This document shows positions 18,601-27,600 of a DNA stretch of 64,000 nucleotides, one piece after another (position 1 is the first letter of the stretch; the number at the start of each line of letters is the position of its first letter). The stretch spans positions 1,120,001-1,184,000 of the forward strand of contig CAVYRF010000001.1 of assembly GCA_963770895.1 (NCBI GenBank), in the 5' to 3' direction. A model generated the notes under the pieces. That model ran no database searches, was not told the DNA's origin, and worked only from the letters and a program-made list of their open reading frames with translations. This DNA is from an uncultured Acidobacteriota bacterium. GTDB taxonomy: Bacteria; Acidobacteriota; Thermoanaerobaculia; Multivoradales; UBA5704. The translations under genes were made by a program, and so were the position numbers.

Positions 18601-21600
18601 GGCGCGTGCGCCACGCCACTCTGGAGGCGCAGCAACACCAGGATCTGCCGTTCGAAACCCTGGTCGAGGACCTGCGCCCGGAGCGCGCCAGCGGCGCTTC
18701 GCCGCTGTTTCAGGCGCTGTTTTCGCACCTGGCCGCCGCCTTCGGCGCCGTCCAGATGGCGGGCCTGGAGCTGCGCCTGGTGCCGGAGGAAAGCCCGACG
18801 GCGCGCTTCGACCTGTCGTGCGACGTGCACCAGCGCGACGGGCGCCTGGGCGGCAACCTGGACTTCGCCGCGGCACTGTTCGAGCCGGCCACCGCCAGCC
18901 GCATGCGCGACCACCTGCTGGCGCTGCTCGCCGCCGCGGCGGCGGCGCCGCAGCGGCCCGCCCTGGAGCTGCCGATGCTCAGCGCCGCCGAGCGCCACCA
19001 GGTGGAGGTGGAATGGAACCATCGCGCCGGCGACGGCATCACCGACGCGACGCCGCTGGACCACATCGTGCGCCAGGCGGCTGCGGCTCCCGGCCGGCGC
19101 GCGGTGGTGTGCGGCGGGCGCGAGCTGACCTATGGCGAGCTGGTGCAGCGGTCGCGGCGGCTGGCGGATCGCCTGGCGGCGCTGGGCGTCGGCGGCGAGG
19201 ACCGCGTAGGGTTGCTGCTCGACCGCAGCGCCGGGGTGGTGGTCGCCATGCTCGCCACCTGGCAGGCGGGGGCGGCGTGGGTGCCGTTCGATCCGGCGGC
19301 GCCCGCGGCACGCCTGGCGGCGCTCGCCGCCGACGCCGGCCTGGCGGCGCTGATCGCCGATCCGGGAAGCCGGCCCGCGCCCGACCTGGGGGTCCCCTGC
19401 CTGGAGCTGGCGCCAGACGACCTGGGCCGGCCGGCCGGCCGCGGCCGCGGCCAGGTCGCGGCGCCGCCGGCGGAACCATCCATCCCAGCGTCCGCATCCG
19501 GATCGGGAGCCACGCCTGGAAGCGGACCGGCAGCCGGAGCCGGTGCGCTTTCCGCGTCACCCCCGACCGCCCGAACCGCGGCGAGATCGCCGCTGCCTGC
19601 ACGCCCGGCTCCGGCGCCGGCGCCGGGCGACCTCGCCTATCTGATCTACACCTCGGGGACGACCGGGGTGCCCAAGGCGGTGGCGGTGGCGCACGGCAGC
19701 CTGTTGCAGACGCTGCTGGCCTGGCAGGCCGACTACCCGCTGCGCCCCGGCGACCGCGTGCCGGTGCTGGCGCCGCTGTGGTTCGACACCTCGGTGATCG
19801 AGCTGTTCGCGCCGCTCACCGCCGGCGGCGAAATGGAGATGGTGCCGTCGCTCGACATCCTGGACCTGCCGCGCCTGGTCGAGGTGCTGTCGCGGGCGAC
19901 CCTGGCGTTCCAGGTGCCGAGCCTGCTGCGCCGGGTCGCGGCGTTCCTGGCCGATCCGGACGGCGGCCGGCCGGCGCTGCCGCCGGCCGGTCCGCGCTGG
20001 CTGTTCCCGGCGGGGGAGCGGGTGTCCGGCGACCTGGTGCGCGAGCTGCAGCAGACCTTCCCCGCGACCCAGGTGATGGCCAGCTACGGCCCCACCGAGA
20101 CGGCGGTGACCTGCGCCACCTGGAGCCCGCCGCGGCCGCTGGTCGAGGGCGACGAGGGCGGCGTGCTGGGACGGCCGCTCACGGGGGTGACCCTCCTGGT
20201 GCGCGACTGCTGGGGCAACCCGGCGCCGATCGGCGTCGCCGGCGAGCTGCACATCGGCGGCGGCGGCGTGGCGCGCGGCTACCTGGGCCGTCCGCGGCTG
20301 ACCGCCGATCGCTTCCGGCCTGCTCCCGGCGGCGGCAGGTCCTACCGCAGCGGCGACCTGACCCGCCTGCTGGGGGACGGGCGCATCCAGTTCCTGGGCC
20401 GCATCGATCACCAGATCAAGCTGCGCGGCTTCCGCATCGAGCCCGGCGAGATCGAGGTGGCGCTGCGCGCCCAGGAAGGCGTGCTGGACGCCCTGGTGAC
20501 CGTCGTCGCCGCCGCGCCGGCCGCCGGCCGCGGCCTGGGCGAAGCACCGGGCGGCGATCTCCGCCTGACCGCCTACGTGGTGCCGGACGCGCCCGCGGCG
20601 CTCGCCGACGGCGCCCGCCAGCAGCTGCTCGACCGCCTGCGGCGGCGCCTGGCCGAGCGGCTGCCCGACTACATGGTGCCCGCCGCCTGGGTGCTGCTGG
20701 CCGCCTTCCCGCTGTCGGCGACCGGCAAGGTGGACCGCCGCGCCCTGCCGGCTCCCGCGCCGGACGCCGCGGCGCTCGACGGCCTGGACGCGGCGGCGGC
20801 GGCGGCCCGCACGCCGGAGGAGGAGCTGCTGGCGGCGCTGTGGGCTGAGGTGCTGGGCCTGGAAAGGGTGGGGCCGGCGAGCGACTTCTTCGCCCTGGGC
20901 GGCCACTCGCTGCTGCTGACCCAGCTGGCGTCGCGGGTGCGGCGCGCCTTCGGCGTCGAAGTGCCGCTGGCCGACCTGTTCGCGGCGCGGACGCTGGCGG
21001 AGCAGGCGCTGCGCCTGGGCGAGCTGCTGCGCCAGCAGGCGGCGCCGGCCGCCGGCCCGCCGGCCGCCCAACCGGTCGAGCTGCCGCCGATCCCACCGCT
21101 GCGGCCGCTGCCGCCGGCGGCGCGCCGCCAGCCGCTGCCGCTCTCCTTCGCGCAGGAGCGCCTGTGGCTGCTGGCGACGCTGGAACCGGGGCCGCTCTAC
21201 AACATGCCGGTCGCGGCGCGGCTGCGCGGCGACCTGCTCCTGCCGGCGCTGGCGGCGGCGCTCGGCGGCATCGTGCGCCGTCACGAGGTGCTGCGCACCC
21301 GCCTGGTGGCCGAGCGCGGCCGGCCGGCGCAGATCGTCGTCCCCCACCAGCCGCGGCAGGCTGCCCGCCTGCCGCTGGTGGACCTGTCGGCGCTGCCCGC
21401 CGCGCTGGGGGCGCCGGTGGCGCGCGCCCTGCTGGACGCGGAGGCCCGCCGCCCCTTCGACCTGGAGAGCGGCCGCCTGGTGCGCTCGCTGGTGCTGCGC
21501 CTGGGCCCGGCGGATCACCAGCTGGTGGTGGTGTTGCACCACATCGCCGCCGACGGCTGGTCGATGGGGGTGCTGCTCGACGAGCTGGCGGTGCTGTACA

Positions 21601-24600
21601 CCGCGGCCGCCGGCGCCGGTCCGGGCCTGCCGGAGCTGCCGGTGCAGTACGCCGACTTCGCCGTCTGGCAGCGGCAGTGGCTGGCCGGCGACCGCCTGGC
21701 GCGCGAGCTGGCGCACTGGCGCCAGCGGCTGGCCGGCGCTCCCGAAACGCTGGAGCTGCCGGCGGACCGGCCGCGCCGGCCGGACGGCGCGGCGCACGGC
21801 GGCCAGCGCTCGTTCGCCATGCCGGCCGGCACGCGCGGCCATCTGGCGCTGCTGGCGCGGCGGCGCGGCTGGACGCCCTTCATGCCGCTGCTGGCGGCAT
21901 TCGCCGCCCTGCTGGCGCGCTGGGGCGGCCGCCGCGACGCCGGCGAGGTGGTGATCGGCTCGCCGATCGCCAACCGCAACGTGCTCGAAACCGAGCGCCT
22001 GATCGGTTTCTTCGCCAACACCTTGGCGCTGCGCCTGGACCTGGAGGGCGATCCGGCCTTCGCCCTGCTGGCCGACCGGGCGCGATCGGTCTGCCTGGAC
22101 GCCTACGCCCACCAGGACCTGCCGTTCGAGAAGCTGGTCGAGGAGCTGGCGCCGGTGCGCCAGGCCGGCACCACGCCTCTGTTCAACGTCATGCTGGTGT
22201 TGCAGAACGTGCCGCTGCGCCTGGCGGTGCCCGGCTTGGCCGTCGAGCTGCTGGACGCCGGCAGCGGCACGGCCAAGTTCGACCTGGCGGTGTTCCTGAT
22301 GGAGTCGGGCGGCGAGCTCCTGGGCAGCATCGAGTTCCGCCGCGACCTGTTCGACGACGCGACGATCGAGCGGCTGACCGGCCACCTGCGCACCCTGCTC
22401 GCGGGAGCGATCGCGGCGCCTGCGGCGCGCCTTTCCGAGCTGCCGCTGCTGTCGCCGGCCGAACGCTCCCACCTGGCGCTCCAGGCCGCGGCGCCGCCGG
22501 CCGCGATCGCCGCCAGCCTGGCCGCCGGCCGCCGGCTGGCGCACCTGCGCGTCGCCGACCAGGCGGCGCGGACGCCGGACGCCGTGGCCGCGGTCTTTGC
22601 GGACAGCCACCTGTCCTACGGCGAGCTGGCCGCCCGCAGCCGCCGCCTGGCGGGCCAGCTGCGGCGCCTGGGCGTGGGGCCGGACGTGGTGGTCGGCTTG
22701 TACGTCGAGCGCTCGCTCGAGGCGATGACGGCGCTGCTCGGCATCATGGCGGCGGGCGGCGCCTTCCTGGCGCTCGATCCCGATTCCCCCGTCGAGCGCC
22801 TGCGCCTGATGCTCGACGACGCCCGCGCGCCGGTGATCGTCACCCAGGCGCTCCTCGCGGACCAGCTCCCCGCCGGCGGCACCGGCGCCGCGCGCCTGGT
22901 GGTGGTGGATCGCCCGGCGCACGACCCGCGGGACGCCGCGGACCGGGACGCCGCGGCCGCAACGCCACTGCCGGCGCCACCTCGCGGCGACCGCCTGCTG
23001 GCGGACCACCTGATCTACGTCTGCTACACCTCGGGCTCGACCGGCCGGCCGAAGGGGGTGGCGATGCCCCACGGCGCGCTGGCGGCGATGCTCGACTGGC
23101 AGCTGCGCACGTCCCACGCCGCGGACCGCACGCTCAACTTCACTTCGCTGTCGTTCGACGTCTCGTTCCAGGAGCTGTTTGCCACCTGGAGCGCCGGCGG
23201 CACCCTGGTGCTGATCGGCGAAGAGGTGCGCCGCGACCCGGCGGCGCTGGCCAGCCTGCTGGCGCGGCAACAGGTGACGCGCCTGTTCCTGCCGTTCGTC
23301 GCCCTGCAGCAGCTGGCGGTGGCGGCGCTGGCGGCGCCGCCCCAGGGGTTCCCTGGGGCGCTGCGCGAGGTGCTGAGCGCCGGCGAGCAGCTCTACGTGA
23401 CGCCGCAGGTGGCGGCGCTCGCGGCGCGCCTGCCGGGGGCGGCGCTTTACAACCACTACGGACCGACCGAAGCGCACGCCGTCACCTGGCTGCCGCTGAC
23501 CGGCGATCCGGCCGCCTGGCCGGAGCGGCCGTCGATCGGCGGACCGCTCGACCACGCGCGCATCCTGCTGCTCGACCGCAACCTGCGGCGGGTGCCGCAG
23601 GGCGTCCCCGGCGAAGTGTGGGCGGCGGGTCCCGGCCTGGCCCGCGGCTACCTGGGGCGCCGGCGGCTGACGGCGGAGCGCTTCATGCCCGACCCCTTCG
23701 CCGACGTTCCCGGCTGGCGGCCCGGCGCGCGCATGTACCGCGTGGGCGACGTGGCGCGCCAGCTGGCGGACGGGACGCTCGAGTTTCTCGGCAGGACCGA
23801 TTTCCAGGTCAAGGTGCGCGGCCATCGCATCGAGGTGGCGGAGATCGAAACCGCCCTGGCGCGCCACCCGGCGGTGTCGCAGGCGGCGGTCGTGGCGCAC
23901 GGCGAGGACGCGGCGTCCCGCCGGCTGGTGGCCTGCGTGGTCTGCGCGCCGCAGGTGACCGCGCCCACCGCCGCCGATCTGCGCGCCTGGCTGGGGCGCA
24001 CGCTGCCGGCGGCGATGGTGCCGTCCGGCTGGCTGCGCGCCGCGCGCCTGCCGCTCACCGCCACCGGCAAGCTCGACCGCCGCGCGCTCGAACGCTGGGC
24101 GGGCGGGGCCTTTGCCGCGCCCGACCCGGCCGCGGCCGCCGCCGCCGGCTACGACGTGGCGCCGCTCGATGCGACGGCCGGCGGTGCCGCCGCCGATGCG
24201 GCCGGCGCCGCGGACCAGGGCCCGGCGGCGTCGTTGCGCCACCCGGCCGAGGAGCTGATGGCCGGCATCTGGCGCGAGGTGCTGGGCGCGGTCGAGGTGG
24301 CGGCCGCCGACGACTTTTTCGCCCTGGGGGGGCACTCGCTGCTGGCGACGCAGGTGGTGTCGCGCATCCGCGAGGTGTTCGGCGTCGAGCTGCCGCTGCG
24401 CCGCCTGTTCGAGGAGCCGACGGTGGCCGCCATGACCGGTGCCGTGCTCGCCCTGCGCGCCGTTGGAGCCAACGGCGCCAACGGCGCCGGTGACGGCGGC
24501 GACGATCCGGCCGTCGCGGCGCCGCCCATCGTGCGCGCGGCGCGCGACCGGCCGCTGCCCCTGTCGTTTGCCCAGGAGCGTCTGTGGTTCCTGGATCGCC

Positions 24601-27600
24601 TGCAACCCGGCGGCTCGGCTTACAACCTGCCGCTGCTGCTGCGCGCCAGCGGCCCGCTCGCGCCGGCGCGCCTGGCGGCGGCGCTGTCGCGCGTGGTGCG
24701 GCGCCACGAGGTCCTGCGCACGCGCTACGCCGAGCAGGGCGGCCGGCCGGTGCAGATCGTCGACGACGCGGCGCCGGTGGCGGTGCCGGTCGCCGACCTG
24801 GCGGCCCTGCCCGCCGATCGGCGCCAGGAGGAGGCGCGGCGGCTGGTGGCGGCGGCGGCCGGCCAGCCGTTCGACCTGGCGCGCGGACCGGTGCTACGGG
24901 TGCTGATGGTGGCGTCGGGGCAGGACGGGCCGCTGCTGCTCGCGACGCTCCATCACATCGCCGCCGACGGCTGGTCGATGGGCGTGCTGGTGCGCGAGAT
25001 GCAGGCCGCCTGGGCGGCTCGCCCTGCCACGCCGCCGCCGCCGCTGGCGGTGCAATACGCCGACTTCGCGGTGTGGCAGCGCCAGTGGCTGGCCGGCGCC
25101 CCGCTCGCGCGGCAGCTCGGCTGGTGGCGGAAGCAGCTGCACGGCGCGCGCGCGGTGCTGGAGGTGCCGGCCGATCGGCCGCGGCCGCCGGTCGCCACGC
25201 AGCGCGGCGCCGAGCACGTCTTTGCGTTGGACGCCGGCCTGGCGGCGCGGCTGGCGGCGGCCGCCAGCCGCCACGGTGCGACCCTGTTCATGGCGCTGGC
25301 GGGCGGCCTCTATGCGCTGCTGGCGCGGCTGTCGGGCGAGCGCGACCTGATCCTGGGGACGCCGATCGCCAACCGCAACCGCATCCAGATCGAGCCGCTC
25401 ATCGGCTGCTTCGTAAACATGCTGGCGCTGCGCGTCCAGGTGGACGGCGAGGCGGCGTGGGGCGACCTGCTGGCGGCGGTGCGCGAGACCAGCCTGGGCG
25501 CCTACGCCCACCAGGACCTGCCGTTCGAGATGCTGGTCGACCAGGTGGCGCCGCAGCGCGACCTGTCGCGGCCGCCGCTGGTGCAGGTGGCGATGGCGCT
25601 GCAGAACGCGCCGCTGCCGGTGGCCGACCTGGACGGCGTGCGCCTGACGTCGCACGAGCCCGGCAGCGGCACCGCCAAGCTCGACCTCACCTGGAGCTTC
25701 GCCGCCGGTGCGGAAGGCCGCCTGGACGCGACGCTGCAGTACGCCGCCGACCTGTTCGACGCGGCCACCGCGGCGCGCCTGGCGCACCGCTTCGGTGTCC
25801 TGCTCGACGAGCTGCTGAGCCGGCCGCTGGCGCGGGTCGCGGCCGCGGCGCTGCTGGCGCCGGCGGAGCGCCACCAGCTGCTGCACGAATGGAACGACAC
25901 GGCGGCGCCGCCGCTGCCCGCCTGGGACGATCGGGCGGTGGCGCCGGCGGTGCACCACCAGGTCGAGCGCCACGCGGCGCTGCGTCCGCAGGCGCTGGCC
26001 GTCTGCCGCGGCGCGCAGCGGCTCACCTACGGCGAGCTGAACGCGCAGGCCGACCACCTGGCCTGGCAGCTGCGCCGGGCGGGCGCCGGCCAGGACGCGC
26101 CGGTGGCGCTGTGGCTGGAACGCTCTCCCGAGCTGGTCGTCGCGGCGCTGGCGGCGCTCAAGGCCGGCGCCGCCTACCTGCCGCTCGATCCGGCCTGGCC
26201 GGCGGCCCGCGTGCAGGCGATCCTGGACCAGGCGCGGGTGCGCGTGCTGGTCGCCGGCGCCGAGCAGCCGGCGCTCGCCGGCGCGGCGCGCGCCGATGCC
26301 GCCGACGCCGATGCCGCCGACGCCGCTGGCGATGGCGGCAGCAGCAGGCGGGGAGTGCGGCGACTGGACGTGCGAGAGGCGCTGACCCCGCCCGCGGCGG
26401 GCGAGCCGGCCCGGCGCGTCGCGGGTCCGCCGCCGGCGGTAGTGCTGCCGGGGACGCTGGCCTACGTCATCTACACCTCGGGGTCGACCGGCGAGCCCAA
26501 GGGGGTGGAGGTGTCGCACGGCGCGCTGGCCGGCATGGTGCGGTGGAACGCCACCACCTACGGCTGGGGCGCCGGCGAGCGCGGCACGATGCTGGCCACG
26601 CCGTCGTTCGACGCCTCGGTGTTCGAGATCTGGCCGGTGCTGGCGTCGGGCGCCAGCCTGCACGTCCCCGAAGCGGAAGTGCGCCTGGTGCCCGAGCGCC
26701 TGCTGGCCTGGCTGGCCAGCGAGGGGATCACCGTGTCGTTCCTGCCCACGGCGCTGGCCGAGCAGGTGGTGGAAGCCGCCGAGCGCGCGCTTCCCGCGGG
26801 CGACATGCGCCTGCGCACCCTGCTTTCCGGCGGCGACCGCCTGCGGCGGCCGCCGGTGCGCCCGCTCCCTTTCGCGATGGTCAACCTGTACGGGCCGGCG
26901 GAATCGACCGTCGTCTCGACCGTCGGCGCCTGTTCCGTCGTGCCCTCGGGCGGCGGCGAGCCGTCCATCGGCCGCCCGGTCGACGACACCCGGATCTACC
27001 TGGCCGATGCGGCGGGGGAGCTGGTGGCGCCCGGCGTGCCGGGAGAGATGTACCTGGCCGGCCGCGGTCTGGCGCGCGGCTACCTGGGGCGGCCCGACCT
27101 GACCGCCGAGCGTTTCCTGCCCGACCCGTGGAGCGGCCACGCCGGCGGCCGCCTCTACCGCACCGGCGACGTCGCGCGCCACGCACCGATCGGCGACCTG
27201 CACTTCCTGGGGCGCGTCGACGCCCAGGTCAAGGTGCGCGGCTGCCGCATCGAGCCGGCCGAGATCGAGGCGGCGCTGCGCCGCCACCCCGGTGTGCGGC
27301 AGGCGGCGGTGGTGCCGCGCCGCCAGCCTTCCGGAGAGATGCAGCTGGTCGGCTACGTCGTCTTTGCGCCGCCGATGGACCTGGCAGCGCCGGTTGTGGA
27401 CGGCGTGCCGCCGGCCGACCCGGCGGCGGGGGAGCCCGCCGCGGCCACGGCGCCGGCCCAGCTGCGGGCGCTGCTGGCCGCGGAGCTGCCCGAATACATG
27501 GTGCCCGCCGTCCTGGTGGAGCTGCCGGAGCTGCCCGTCACCCCCAACGGCAAGCTCGACCGCGCGGCGCTGCCGGCGCCGCCCGACCGGCAGGAAGCGA